Shown here: piece by piece, positions 33,778 to 46,871 of the stretch
How positions within the stretch are numbered: position 1 is the first letter of the stretch
How the letters are laid out: every line of letters starts with the position of its first letter
Assembly: GCF_050920415.1 (NCBI RefSeq)
Contig: NZ_CP169309.1
DNA length: 64,000 nucleotides
Direction: 5' to 3' (one strand)
Source: Escherichia coli
GTDB lineage: Bacteria > Pseudomonadota > Gammaproteobacteria > Enterobacterales > Enterobacteriaceae
Notes under the pieces: model-generated
Database searches by the model: none
What the model was told of the DNA's origin: nothing
The model's input: the letters and a program-made list of their open reading frames with translations, nothing else
Position numbers and translations under genes: made by a program

Positions 33778-35883
33778 TTAGTGCGCGCCTTTCGCCTGCG
33801 CCACGATCTCCTCGACATTTTCCGGCATTGGCTCATACGGCGTTTCTTTCGCCGTTGGCTTCGGCTCTTTCAATGCCGCCAGTGCCGTCTTAATCGAGAA
33901 CAGTGCCAGAACCACCACAACCACCATAAAGAAGATGGTTAATCCGGCATCCAGACGGTTGTTGAACACCAGTTGCGCCAGTTGTGACTCAGTATACTGC
34001 GACGGAATATTGCCGCTGTCGATCATTGCCTGGAACTTGTTAGCAATCGCCAGGAAACCGACTTTCGCATCCGGGCTAAACGCTTTCTGCCAGCCTGCGG
34101 TCAGGGTACAAATCAGCAGCCAGGCCGTTGGTACCAGCGCCACCCAGGCGTAACGTTGACGTTTCATCTTGAACAACACCACGGCACAGAGCATCAGCGC
34201 CATCCCTGCCAGCATCTGGTTGGCAATACCAAACAGCGGCCACAGAGTGTTAATACCGCCCAGCGGATCGACCACGCCCTGATGCAGAAAGTAACCCCAA
34301 GCCAGCACGCACAGCGCCGTTGCCAGCAGGTTAGCAGGCAGTGAATCGGTCCGTTTCAGGCCCGGAGAAACCACGCCCAGCAGATCCTGCAACATAAAGC
34401 GCGCAGCACGCGTACCCGCATCCACCGCCGTCAGAATAAACAGTGCTTCAAACAGAATGGCGAAGTGATACCAGAACGCCACATCCATCATGCCACCCAG
34501 CGCGCCGTGCAGAATGTAGGCCATCCCCACCGCCAGGGTCGGCGCACCGCCCGCACGGGAAATGATCGACTGTTCACCCACTTCGCTGGCAATCTGATTT
34601 AACGTATCTGGCGTAATGCTAAAGCCCCAGCTACTCACTACCTGCGCAGCAGATGCCACTACATCCGCCGTCCCCGCCGGAGCCAGCACCGCCATCGGAC
34701 TGTTCATCGCGAAGTACACGCCCGGATCGATGATACAGGCAGAAACCAGTGCCATAATCGCCACGAAGGATTCCATCAACATCCCACCGTAGCCGATAAA
34801 GCACGCCTGACCTTCGTTCGCCAGCATCTTCGGTGTGGTGCCGGAAGAGATCAGCGCATGGAAGCCAGACACCGCGCCACAGGCGATAGTAATAAACAGG
34901 AACGGGAACAGATTACCGGTCCATACCGGGCCAGTGCCATCTACAAACTTGGTCAGCGCAGGCATGGTCAGCGTCGGACGCATAATCAAAATGCCTACCG
35001 CCAGACCGACGATAGTCCCGATTTTCAGGAAGGTAGAGAGGTAGTCACGCGGAGCCAGCAGCAACCACACCGGCAGAACCGCCGCCACAAAACCGTAACC
35101 CACCAGCATCCAGGTCAGCTGCACGCCGGTAAAGTCAAAGTACGGTGCCCAAGTCGGGCTTTCTGCCACCCAGCCGCCAGAGATAATGGCGAAAATAAGG
35201 AATACCAGGCCAATCACCGACACTTCCCCAATGCGGCCTGGACGCAGATAGCGCAGGTAAATCCCCATGAACAGCGCCAGCGGAATGGTGAACGCAACGG
35301 TATACGTTCCCCACGGGCTATGAGTCAGGGCTTTCACCACGATCATCGCCAGTACTGCAAGGATAATGACCATGATCATAAAGCAGGCCACCAGCGCAAT
35401 CACCCCGGCGGTTGGCCCCATCTCTTCTTTAACCAGCTCGCCCAGCGAGCGACCGTCACGGCGCGTGGAAACAAACAGCACCATGAAATCCTGCACCGCA
35501 CCGGCGAGAACCACCCCGGCAAGTAGCCAGATCATCCCCGGTAGGTAGCCCATTTGCGCCGCCAGTACCGGCCCCACCAACGGGCCTGCTCCGGCAATGG
35601 CCGCAAAATGGTGACCGAACAGCACTTTCTTGTCCGTCGGCACATAGTCCAGCCCGTCGTTATGGCGCACCGCTGGCGTCATACGCGTCGGGTCAACCGC
35701 CAATACATTTTTGGCAATATAAAGACCATAAAAACGGTAAGCGATCAGATAGATACAGACCGACGCCACCACAATCCACAGCGCGTTGATCTGTTCCCCA
35801 CGATTTAAAGCAATGTATCCCAGAGCAAATGCTCCCATTACAGAGAGCACTGTCCAGACGAGGTATTTCCCTGATTTGTTCAT
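33778..35883 (-). CDS. cstA: Carbon starvation protein A (peptide/pyruvate transporter)
   Basis: 701-aa polytopic membrane ORF; CstA family. Confidence 0.95.
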   Translation of the reverse strand: MNKSGKYLVWTVLSVMGAFALGYIALNRGEQINALWIVVASVCIYLIAYRFYGLYIAKNVLAVDPTRMTPAVRHNDGLDYVPTDKKVLFGHHFAAIAGAGPLVGPVLAAQMGYLPGMIWLLAGVVLAGAVQDFMVLFVSTRRDGRSLGELVKEEMGPTAGVIALVACFMIMVIILAVLAMIVVKALTHSPWGTYTVAFTIPLALFMGIYLRYLRPGRIGEVSVIGLVFLIFAIISGGWVAESPTWAPYFDFTGVQLTWMLVGYGFVAAVLPVWLLLAPRDYLSTFLKIGTIVGLAVGILIMRPTLTMPALTKFVDGTGPVWTGNLFPFLFITIACGAVSGFHALISSGTTPKMLANEGQACFIGYGGMLMESFVAIMALVSACIIDPGVYFAMNSPMAVLAPAGTADVVASAAQVVSSWGFSITPDTLNQIASEVGEQSIISRAGGAPTLAVGMAYILHGALGGMMDVAFWYHFAILFEALFILTAVDAGTRAARFMLQDLLGVVSPGLKRTDSLPANLLATALCVLAWGYFLHQGVVDPLGGINTLWPLFGIANQMLAGMALMLCAVVLFKMKRQRYAWVALVPTAWLLICTLTAGWQKAFSPDAKVGFLAIANKFQAMIDSGNIPSQYTESQLAQLVFNNRLDAGLTIFFMVVVVVLALFSIKTALAALKEPKPTAKETPYEPMPENVEEIVAQAKGAH

Positions 35884-36194
35884 AGTTGTTATCCGTGTGC
35901 GTGTCCATAGAGATGTTACATTTTGTTTCTATATCAGCAGATTTTATTTAACAACCAAGAAACCAATGCGCACAACAAAAACACCTCATATTTACATCAC
36001 ATTGTTAACGAGATCACTTTAGTCGCGAAAAGACGTGTACAATTACGGACAATTGAGAGGGTTGACTCACCAGAGTAGTAACACTACTTATATGCGAAAA
36101 TGCATAGCCGAAATCTATAGTATTCCGCGTCAATGTTATGCAACGCAACTATACGATAGCATGGCTATTTCGTTATATGATAAGGAGTCCTCCC

Positions 36195-36617
36195 ATGAGC
36201 TATGACAAAGCGAAATACCATTTTGACTCGGTTATAGAAGAAGGTTTACCGCTCAGCCAGGCATACATCCATACTGGTTTTTATTTAGGTTGGTTGATTG
36301 ATAATAACTTGTTGGACGAGGAGTTTAAGGAAGATCTCGCTGAATCTCTTGCCCTCTTTACGCGCAGAGAAATAACAGCCCCTCAGCTTTTTGAAGAATT
36401 CGATGGTACTTTGACCGATGAAGAACTTTCGACCCAAGGAAACGCCTTTACTAAACATTATTTTGATTTTGATACAGGCGATTATCTCGAAGACTACTGC
36501 ACCCATCTTGTCAAAGATCTTCCCAGCGAATTCCATGTAAAAGACACATGGGAAAACTATAAAATCGCAGCGAGTTTCATATCCAGACGCTATCAGGAAT
36601 GGCTACAGAACCAATAG
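36195..36617 (+). CDS. Hypothetical 140-aa acidic cytoplasmic protein of unknown function (MSYDKAKYHFDSV..), in an AT-rich insertion
   Basis: Uninterrupted ORF; strong RBS (TAAGGAG, 7-nt spacer) before ATG 36195; an in-frame ATG at 36138 has no RBS; no TM or signal peptide; ~40% GC; I could not assign a family from sequence. Confidence 0.7.
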   Translation: MSYDKAKYHFDSVIEEGLPLSQAYIHTGFYLGWLIDNNLLDEEFKEDLAESLALFTRREITAPQLFEEFDGTLTDEELSTQGNAFTKHYFDFDTGDYLEDYCTHLVKDLPSEFHVKDTWENYKIAASFISRRYQEWLQNQ

Positions 36618-36683
36618 TCTCACCCTCTGCACATATTTTTCCGGGTAGCGCTTTCACTTACCAGGCCAACAAATTCTCGCGAA

Positions 36684-36716
36684 TCGTAGGCCTGATAAGC
36701 GAAGCGCATCAGGCAT
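36684..36716. repeat. REP (repetitive extragenic palindrome) element
   Basis: gtaggcctgataagcgaagcgcatcaggca, the typical E. coli REP palindrome, between the hypothetical ORF and the entH 3' end. Confidence 0.75.
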
Positions 36717-36727
36717 ATTAATCCAAT

Positions 36728-37889
<1,162 letters not shown>

Positions 37890-37890
<1 letters not shown>

Positions 37891-38747
37891 CATTTCACCT
37901 CGCGGGAGAGTAGCTTCCACCAGGCATCGATGGTCGGATTTTTCGCCAGCATGACAAAATCGATATCGCCATGCACTTTGCGCCAGCGCGCCGCCAGCGC
38001 CATCATGCGCACCGAATCCAGACCGTAATCAATTAGGTTGTCGTCATCGAACGGCTCATCGGACTCGTCCAGCAACGGCAGGATCACCTCTCGCAGCGCC
38101 GCTTTGGTTGAAGGGATCGGTGCAGGCAATAGTTCTTCGGTCATCACCACCCGGCCAGAACGCCCGGCTACATATTTCAGCGACATCAAATGCTCGTCAC
38201 GACTGAAATCGGCCAGCGCATCCGCCACCATAAACGGTTTAATATCGCGCATAAATGCGTCGGTTGCGGTGGTCATACAGCCAATGTGGGCGTACACCCC
38301 GGTAATAATCAGCTGGTTACGTCCACTCTCTTTGAGCATTTGTTCCAGCGGAGAACGATGAAACGCGCTGTAGCGCCACTTCACCAGCACCGTGTCGTCG
38401 GCATCTGGCGTCAGGCGATCCACCACCTTTTGCTGTTCCGGTGAACGGGTCAGGCCCGGCCCCCACATATCATTCAACAGCGCCCGATCTTCATCGCTCT
38501 GCTCTTTCGGCTGGGCGGTGTAATAAACCGGAATATTGTGCTGTTTGCAGTAGTCGCGTAGTGCCGCAATATTCGCGATCACCTGCTCCATCATCGGGCA
38601 GTTCTCGCCCCAGAAGCTAACAAAATAGTCCTGCATATCATGGATTAACAACGCGGCACGTTGCGGCTCAAAGGCCCAGTTGACTTTATTGTGCGGAATA
38701 TCGTGAGACTCCGGCAGTGCGTAAGCCTGTAATTTTGGAATAGCCAT
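37890..38747 (-). CDS. entB: Isochorismatase / aryl carrier protein EntB
   Basis: 285-aa ORF with isochorismatase domain and C-terminal carrier domain (DSV phosphopantetheine site). Confidence 0.95.
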
Positions 38748-38760
38748 CGTGTTCTCTCCT

Positions 38761-40371
38761 TCAGGCTGATGCGCGTGACGCCAGCCACTGACGTAATTGT
38801 TTTTTATCGACTTTCCCGACCGCCGTCAGCGGAAGTGAATCTACACACTCCACGCGATCCGGTAATTTAAATTCGGCAATACCCTGTTCACGCAGGAAAC
38901 GACGCACCTGCACCGCACGCAGTGGTTCTTTTACCACCAGATAAGCACAGCTTTTTTCGCCCATCAGCTCATCTTCCATACTCACCAGTGCGGCGTAGAT
39001 CACCGCCGGATGGCGCAGTAACAGGTTTTCGATCTCTTCGGCAGCGATCTTCTCGCCGCCACGGTTGATCTGATCTTTCTCGCGCCCCTGCACGGTGATG
39101 TACCCCTCTGGATCAATAGAGATCAGATCGCCGGAACAGTAAAAACCGTTGGCATCAAAGGCGCTGGCATTGTGCTGTGGACTTTTGTAATAGCCGCGGA
39201 AGGTGTACGGCCCGCGCGTCATCAGGCGTCCAACCTCCCCTTGCGGCAGTGGATTTCCGTCAGCATCGGCAACCCACACTTCATCATCCGGACACATTGG
39301 ATAGCCCTGGGTATGGATAATTTTTTCCGCGCTATCATCAAGACGGGTGTAGTTCACCAGCCCTTCCGCCATGCCGAATACCTGCTGTAACTGGCAGCCA
39401 ATCTCTGCGGGAATACGCGCCGCAAGCGTGGCAGAAAGACGTGCGCCACCGACCTGTAACAGTTTCAGCGAGGCAAGCTGCGCCCGGCTTTCACCTTCGG
39501 TCAGCGCCTGTAACCACAGGCTGACTGCTGGTGGCACCAGCGCGGTGACGTTCACCTGATGTTTTGCAATCAATGGGAAGCAGAGCGTGGCGCTGGGGTC
39601 GGCAGCCAGAGCGACCGTGCCGCCAGCGAGAAAGACGCCCAGCGATCCTGGCGAACTCATGGCGTAGTTGTGGGCCGCAGGAATCGCGCACAGGTAGCGT
39701 GTCTGTTGCGTGAACTGACAAATCTCGACGCTACGACGTACGCTGTAGTAATAGTCATTGTGAGTGCGTGGGATCAGTTTCGGTGTGCCGGTGGTACCGC
39801 CGGAGAGCTGAAAATAGGCCACTTCATCGGCAGGTGACGGTGTGGCAGTAAAATCCTCTGCAGGATGGTTAATCGCATCCTGCAAGTTATGCTCACCGCT
39901 GTCGTTCAGCAGCTGCACCACGCGAATGGAAGAATGCTCTGCAACAAATGTGTTGAGGAAATCATCCCCGCTAAATAGCGCATGTTGGCGATCGGCAATC
40001 AGTAACGCCGGTTCAATCTGGCTGGCATAGGCGTTCAGTTCACTACGCTGATGGCTGAACAGCGCGAGCACCGGCGCAACGCCCAATTTTAGCAGTGCGA
40101 AAAAGGTAATATACAATTCAGCGACGTTACCCAGTTGTACCAGTGCGGTTTCACCGGGTTTAATGCCCTGACGACGCAAGCTACAGGCGAGATTATCCGC
40201 CGCCTGATTCAGTTTCCGGTAACTCAACTGACGCTCGCCGTCGATGACCGCGATGCTGTCGCTTGCGGCATGACGGGTCAGAATGTCGGTCAGCGGCAAA
40301 TCCTGCCAGTAGCCTTTTTCCCGATAGCGACGGGCAAACTCTTCCGGCCAGCGGGTGAATGAAATGCTCAT
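38761..40371 (-). CDS. entE: 2,3-dihydroxybenzoate-AMP ligase EntE
   Basis: 536-aa adenylate-forming enzyme ORF. Confidence 0.95.
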   Translation of the reverse strand: MSISFTRWPEEFARRYREKGYWQDLPLTDILTRHAASDSIAVIDGERQLSYRKLNQAADNLACSLRRQGIKPGETALVQLGNVAELYITFFALLKLGVAPVLALFSHQRSELNAYASQIEPALLIADRQHALFSGDDFLNTFVAEHSSIRVVQLLNDSGEHNLQDAINHPAEDFTATPSPADEVAYFQLSGGTTGTPKLIPRTHNDYYYSVRRSVEICQFTQQTRYLCAIPAAHNYAMSSPGSLGVFLAGGTVALAADPSATLCFPLIAKHQVNVTALVPPAVSLWLQALTEGESRAQLASLKLLQVGGARLSATLAARIPAEIGCQLQQVFGMAEGLVNYTRLDDSAEKIIHTQGYPMCPDDEVWVADADGNPLPQGEVGRLMTRGPYTFRGYYKSPQHNASAFDANGFYCSGDLISIDPEGYITVQGREKDQINRGGEKIAAEEIENLLLRHPAVIYAALVSMEDELMGEKSCAYLVVKEPLRAVQVRRFLREQGIAEFKLPDRVECVDSLPLTAVGKVDKKQLRQWLASRASA

Positions 40372-40380
40372 CCTCGCTCC

Positions 40381-41556
<1,176 letters not shown>

Positions 41557-41579
41557 ATCATCCTCCACAAAATGATAAA

Positions 41580-41610
41580 GGCTTTAATAATGATTATCAT
41601 TTATATTTTC
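41580..41610. promoter_or_regulatory. Fur box in entC/fepB divergent promoter region
   Basis: taataatgattatcatttatat matches the GATAATGATAATCATTATC Fur consensus. Confidence 0.65.
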
Positions 41611-41744
41611 GGTCGCTAACCTAAAAGCAAACGAGCACTATGTCAACTCTTGAGGTAACGCAATCTGCAAGTCGGGGTTGCATCTGCTTGTGGTTACAAT
41701 GAAAATGAGAAGCATTAACTTCATTAATAACAGGAAGCTGATTT

Positions 41745-42701
41745 GTGAGACTCGCCCCGCTCTACCGCAACGCCCTTCTTTTAACCGGAATTTTGCTTTC
41801 AGGAATATCCGCAGTTCAGGCTGCCGACTGGCCGCGTCAGATTACTGACAGTCGTGGTACTCATACCCTGGAAAGCCAGCCGCAGCGTATTGTTTCCACC
41901 AGCGTCACCCTGACCGGCTCACTGCTGGCGATTGATGCACCAGTGATCGCCAGCGGCGCGACCACGCCGAATAACCGCGTAGCGGATGACCAGGGTTTTT
42001 TACGCCAGTGGAGCAAGGTAGCGAAAGAACGCAAACTGCAACGTCTCTATATCGGCGAACCGAACGCCGAAGCAGTAGCCGCACAAATGCCGGATCTGAT
42101 TTTAATTAGCGCGACTGGCGGCGATTCAGCGCTGGCGCTATACGATCAGCTTTCCACTATCGCACCAACGTTAATCATCAATTACGACGATAAAAGCTGG
42201 CAGTCGCTGTTAACGCAACTTGGCGAAATTACCGGGCATGAGAAACAAGCGGCAGAGCGGATTGCGCAGTTTGATAAGCAACTGACGGCGGCGAAAGAGC
42301 AAATCAAATTACCGCCGCAGCCGATCACTGCCATTGTCTATACCGCCGCCGCGCACAGTGCCAATCTCTGGACAGCTGAATCAGCACAAGGACAGATGCT
42401 GGAACAACTCGGCTTTACGCTGGCCAGGTTGCCCGCAGGCTTAAACGCCAGCCAAAGCCAGGGCAAACGCCATGACATCATTCAGCTTGGTGGGGAAAAT
42501 CTGGCGGCAGGGTTAAATGGCGAGTCGCTATTCCTGTTCGCCGGTGATCAGAAAGACGCCGATGCGATTTATGCCAATCCACTGCTCGCGCACCTGCCTG
42601 CAGTACAAAACAAGCAGGTTTATGCGCTGGGAACCGAGACGTTCCGACTGGATTACTACAGCGCCATGCAAGTGCTGGATCGGCTTAAGGCGCTGTTCTA
42701 A
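41745..42701 (+). CDS. fepB: Periplasmic ferric-enterobactin binding protein FepB (GTG start)
   Basis: 318-aa ORF with signal peptide; divergent from entC. Confidence 0.93.
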   Translation: MRLAPLYRNALLLTGILLSGISAVQAADWPRQITDSRGTHTLESQPQRIVSTSVTLTGSLLAIDAPVIASGATTPNNRVADDQGFLRQWSKVAKERKLQRLYIGEPNAEAVAAQMPDLILISATGGDSALALYDQLSTIAPTLIINYDDKSWQSLLTQLGEITGHEKQAAERIAQFDKQLTAAKEQIKLPPQPITAIVYTAAAHSANLWTAESAQGQMLEQLGFTLARLPAGLNASQSQGKRHDIIQLGGENLAAGLNGESLFLFAGDQKDADAIYANPLLAHLPAVQNKQVYALGTETFRLDYYSAMQVLDRLKALF

Positions 42702-42704
42702 GCA

Positions 42705-43955
42705 TTAACTGTCAGACGCTGTCACCTGCGGCGGCGTCTGGCGAAAACGACGCAACTCTACCAGTACCAGCAACAACAACACGCCGATAATCAACAAACC
42801 AAAACCACTCGCGCTTGCGGAGGCCACCGGCGTCATCATCGCGCCCAGACCGCCCAACAGCGCTGCGCCTATAGCATCGCCCGTCACGTTTTGTGCCGTC
42901 CACAAACCGTTAATCCGTCCTAACATCGCTTCCGGGGTTTGCGTTTGCAGCATTGTGTATTGCAGCAACGAACTAACCGCGCTCAACCAGCCGAACAGCG
43001 CCAGACAAACCACGCCTAAAATCCACATCGGCATCAGGCCAAACAAACCAATGGCGAGGAACGATCCCAGCGTGGAGAGCAGCATCAATAACCCTGGTCG
43101 CGCGCTATGTGCCAGCTTCCCGCTGGTTAACGCGCCAATAGCTGCACCGAGCGGGATCGCCGCATAGAGAAAACCAATCTGTGCCGCCGACATCTGCCAG
43201 TTGTCAGCCAGCGCCGGATACAGTACCCGTACCGCGCTCGCCATCGTCAATAAACCACCCAGCAGCGCAATCCCTCCCACCAGCGGGCTGGCAAGCAGAA
43301 AACGAAATCCTGCCAGTAATGATTTCAACGGATGCTCACGCGGTTGCGGTGGCGGAGGTAGCGCCGGAAGGCTTAACAACGGTAGCAAGGTAATAAACGT
43401 GCCCGCCGCCGCCAGCCCGTAGTTCCAGGCCACACCGCCAGTCGCCAGCAATAAACCGCCAATCATAGGCGAAATCACCGACCCCAGACGCACGGTCAAC
43501 ATGGTGATAGCCCCGGCCTGCATTAAGTTTTCACGCCCTACCAGTGCAGGTGTCGCCGCCAGTAGCGCCGTAACGCCAAGCGATGCGAAAAAACCATCCC
43601 ATAATCCGAGTAAATAGATTGCCAGCAAAGACGGCTCCGGCAGTAACGCGTTCAGGCACAGACCAATGAAGCCAATGCCACAGGTGCCACGCGCCAGCAA
43701 AATCACTTTTTTGCGCTCATAGCGATCCGCCAGCACACCGCCGACCATCAAGCCGACAAACATCGCCCCGCCGGTCAGCGTCACCGAAAGCCCCACCTGC
43801 CAGGTAGAATGCGTCATCATCTGGATCTGCACCGGCACCGCGACGCCGAGCAAACCCAGAGAAACAATAGAGATAAAACGAGCGAGGAATACTGCGCGAA
43901 ACGCCGGGTGCGTTTTCAACAGGCTGAGGTTAAGCAGCCAGGATTGTTTATTCAT
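42705..43955 (-). CDS. entS: Enterobactin exporter EntS (MFS)
   Basis: 416-aa 12-TM MFS ORF. Confidence 0.93.
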
Positions 43956-44024
43956 TACAATGCCTTGCCATCAAATATTTTAAATACCTATTCTTAGGCT
44001 GCACATGCTAACATATCCAAATAA

Positions 44025-44055
44025 GATCGATAACGATAATTAATTTCATTATCAT
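44025..44055. promoter_or_regulatory. Fur box in entS/fepD divergent promoter region
   Basis: gataacgataattaatttcattatc, AT-rich Fur-box-like dyad. Confidence 0.6.
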
Positions 44056-44065
44056 GGAAGTTCGT

Positions 44066-45070
44066 ATGTCTGGTTCTGTTGCCGTGACACGCGCCATTGC
44101 CGTGCCCGGATTGCTGTTATTACTGATTATCGCGACGGCATTAAGCCTGCTCATTGGAGCAAAATCACTCCCCGCTTCCGTAGTGCTGGAGGCCCTCTCC
44201 GGCACCTGCCAGAGCGCCGACTGCACCATCGTGCTCGACGCGCGACTGCCGCGTACCCTTGCCGGTTTACTGGCAGGCGGCGCGCTTGGCCTTGCCGGGG
44301 CGTTAATGCAAACCCTCACCCGAAACCCACTTGCCGACCCCGGCTTGCTTGGCGTGAACGCCGGAGCCAGCTTTGCCATTGTGCTGGGCGCGGTGCTGTT
44401 TGGTTACTCATCCGCGCAGGAACAACTGGCGATGGCCTTCGCCGGTGCGCTGGTGGCCTCGTTGATTGTTGCCTTTACTGGCAGCCAGGGCGGTGGGCAG
44501 TTAAGTCCGGTGCGTTTAACTCTGGCGGGCGTGGCGCTGGCGGCAGTGCTGGAAGGGCTGACCAGCGGAATCGCCCTGCTTAATCCCGACGTCTACGATC
44601 AACTGCGTTTCTGGCAAGCCGGTTCGCTGGATATTCGTAATTTACACACCTTAAAAGTGGTGCTGATCCCTGTGGTGATCGCCGGAGCAACTGCGCTATT
44701 ACTGAGCCGCGCACTGAACAGTTTAAGCCTCGGCAGTGACACCGCGACGGCGCTGGGCAGTCGCGTAGCACGCACGCAGTTGATTGGCCTACTGGCGATT
44801 ACCGTGCTTTGTGGTAGTGCGACGGCGGTAGTTGGCCCGATTGCTTTTATTGGCCTGATGATGCCGCACATGGCACGTTGGTTGGTTGGAGCCGATCATC
44901 GCTGGTCGCTGCCCGTCACGCTGCTCGCCACACCTGCCCTGCTGCTGTTTGCCGATATTATCGGGCGGGTGATTGTTCCCGGCGAACTGCGCGTTTCTGT
45001 AGTCAGTGCCTTTATTGGCGCACCAGTGCTGATCTTCCTTGTACGACGTAAAACGCGAGGTGGCGCATGA
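44066..45070 (+). CDS. fepD: Ferric enterobactin ABC transporter permease FepD
   Basis: 334-aa ORF from MSGSVAVTRA; FecCD-family permease. Confidence 0.93.
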   Translation: MSGSVAVTRAIAVPGLLLLLIIATALSLLIGAKSLPASVVLEALSGTCQSADCTIVLDARLPRTLAGLLAGGALGLAGALMQTLTRNPLADPGLLGVNAGASFAIVLGAVLFGYSSAQEQLAMAFAGALVASLIVAFTGSQGGGQLSPVRLTLAGVALAAVLEGLTSGIALLNPDVYDQLRFWQAGSLDIRNLHTLKVVLIPVVIAGATALLLSRALNSLSLGSDTATALGSRVARTQLIGLLAITVLCGSATAVVGPIAFIGLMMPHMARWLVGADHRWSLPVTLLATPALLLFADIIGRVIVPGELRVSVVSAFIGAPVLIFLVRRKTRGGA

Positions 45071-46059
45071 TTTACGTCTCTCGTCGATTAATTATCACCT
45101 GTCTGCTGTTGCTAATAGCTTGTGTGATGGCAAGCGTGTGGGGATTACGCAGCGGTGCCGTCACGCTGGAAACCTCTCAGGTATTTGCCGCGCTGATGGG
45201 TGACGCACCGCGCAGTATGACAATGGTGGTCACCGAATGGCGTTTACCGCGGGTACTAATGGCGCTGTTGATTGGTGCGGCACTGGGCGTCAGCGGCGCG
45301 ATTTTTCAGTCGTTGATGCGTAACCCACTCGGCAGCCCTGACGTAATGGGCTTTAACACCGGAGCGTGGAGCGGCGTGCTGGTGGCGATGGTGCTGTTTG
45401 GTCAGGACCTGACGGCTATCGCGCTGGCAGCAATGGCGGGCGGCATTATCACTTCGCTGCTGGTCTGGCTGCTTGCCTGGCGTAACGGTATCGACACCTT
45501 TCGGTTGATTATTATCGGCATCGGCGTTCGCGCCATGCTGGTGGCCTTTAATACCTGGCTGTTGCTGAAAGCGTCTTTAGAAACGGCGTTAACAGCGGGT
45601 TTGTGGAATGCAGGATCGCTCAATGGCCTGACGTGGGCAAAAACCTCGCCTTCCGCGCCCATCATCATATTGATGCTAATTGCCGCCGCCTTGCTGGTAA
45701 GGCGGATGCGCTTGCTGGAGATGGGCGATGACACCGCGTGTGCGTTAGGCGTCAGCGTCGAACGTTCGCGGCTATTAATGATGCTGGTGGCAGTAGTGCT
45801 TACCGCTGCGGCAACGGCGCTTGCCGGGCCGATTTCCTTTATTGCTTTAGTCGCGCCACACATTGCCCGCCGCATCAGCGGCACCGCTCGCTGGGGTCTA
45901 ACCCAGGCAGCGCTGTGCGGTGCGCTGTTACTGCTGGCAGCCGATCTCTGTGCTCAACAACTGTTTATGCCGTATCAACTTCCGGTTGGCGTCGTTACCG
46001 TCAGCCTCGGCGGTATTTACCTTATCGTCTTGTTAATTCAGGAGTCTCGCAAAAAATGA
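45067..46059 (+). CDS. fepG: Ferric enterobactin ABC transporter permease FepG
   Basis: 330-aa ORF; 4-nt overlap with fepD stop. Confidence 0.93.
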   Translation: MIYVSRRLIITCLLLLIACVMASVWGLRSGAVTLETSQVFAALMGDAPRSMTMVVTEWRLPRVLMALLIGAALGVSGAIFQSLMRNPLGSPDVMGFNTGAWSGVLVAMVLFGQDLTAIALAAMAGGIITSLLVWLLAWRNGIDTFRLIIIGIGVRAMLVAFNTWLLLKASLETALTAGLWNAGSLNGLTWAKTSPSAPIIILMLIAAALLVRRMRLLEMGDDTACALGVSVERSRLLMMLVAVVLTAAATALAGPISFIALVAPHIARRISGTARWGLTQAALCGALLLLAADLCAQQLFMPYQLPVGVVTVSLGGIYLIVLLIQESRKK

Positions 46060-46871
46060 CCGAATCAGTAGCCCGTTTGCGCGGCGAACAGTTAACCCTC
46101 GGATATGGCAAATATACCGTTGCGGAAAATCTGACTGTAGAAATTCCTGATGGTCACTTCACAGCGATTATCGGGCCAAATGGCTGCGGTAAATCCACGT
46201 TACTGCGTACCTTAAGCCGCCTGATGACGCCTGCTCACGGGCATGTCTGGCTGGATGGCGAGCACATTCAACATTACGCCAGTAAAGAGGTCGCACGCCG
46301 GATTGGTTTACTGGCGCAAAACGCCACCACGCCGGGAGATATCACCGTGCAGGAGTTAGTAGCGCGCGGGCGTTACCCGCATCAACCGCTGTTTACCCGC
46401 TGGCGTAAAGAAGATGAAGAAGCGGTAACGAAAGCGATGCAGGCCACAGGAATAACTCATCTGGCAAATCAAAGCGTTGATACCCTCTCCGGTGGGCAAC
46501 GTCAGCGAGCGTGGATCGCGATGGTGCTGGCCCAGGAAACGGCAATTATGCTACTCGACGAACCCACCACCTGGCTGGATATCAGTCATCAGATTGATTT
46601 GCTGGAATTGTTAAGCGAACTGAACCGCGAGAAAGGCTATACCCTGGCGGCGGTACTGCACGATCTTAATCAGGCCTGTCGGTACGCTAGCCATTTGATT
46701 GCATTACGTGAAGGGAAAATTGTCGCTCAAGGAGCACCAAAAGAGATAGTCACTGCTGAACTGATTGAGCGTATTTATGGTTTGCGTTGCATGATCATTG
46801 ACGATCCGGTAGCCGGAACTCCGCTTGTGGTGCCGCTCGGACGAGCGGCACCTTCAACCGCGAAGATTTAA
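46056..46871 (+). CDS. fepC: Ferric enterobactin ABC transporter ATPase FepC
   Basis: 271-aa ORF from MTESVARLRGEQ with Walker A (GPNGCGKST) and ABC signature (LSGGQRQR); 4-nt overlap with fepG. Confidence 0.95.
   Translation: MTESVARLRGEQLTLGYGKYTVAENLTVEIPDGHFTAIIGPNGCGKSTLLRTLSRLMTPAHGHVWLDGEHIQHYASKEVARRIGLLAQNATTPGDITVQELVARGRYPHQPLFTRWRKEDEEAVTKAMQATGITHLANQSVDTLSGGQRQRAWIAMVLAQETAIMLLDEPTTWLDISHQIDLLELLSELNREKGYTLAAVLHDLNQACRYASHLIALREGKIVAQGAPKEIVTAELIERIYGLRCMIIDDPVAGTPLVVPLGRAAPSTAKI

Noticed and set aside
36004-36019. Possible CRP site (tgttaacgagatcact) upstream of cstA
   Set aside because: Only a partial match to TGTGA-N6-TCACA, and it lies in the region that may be part of the strain-specific insertion; too weak to annotate without a position-weight-matrix scan.
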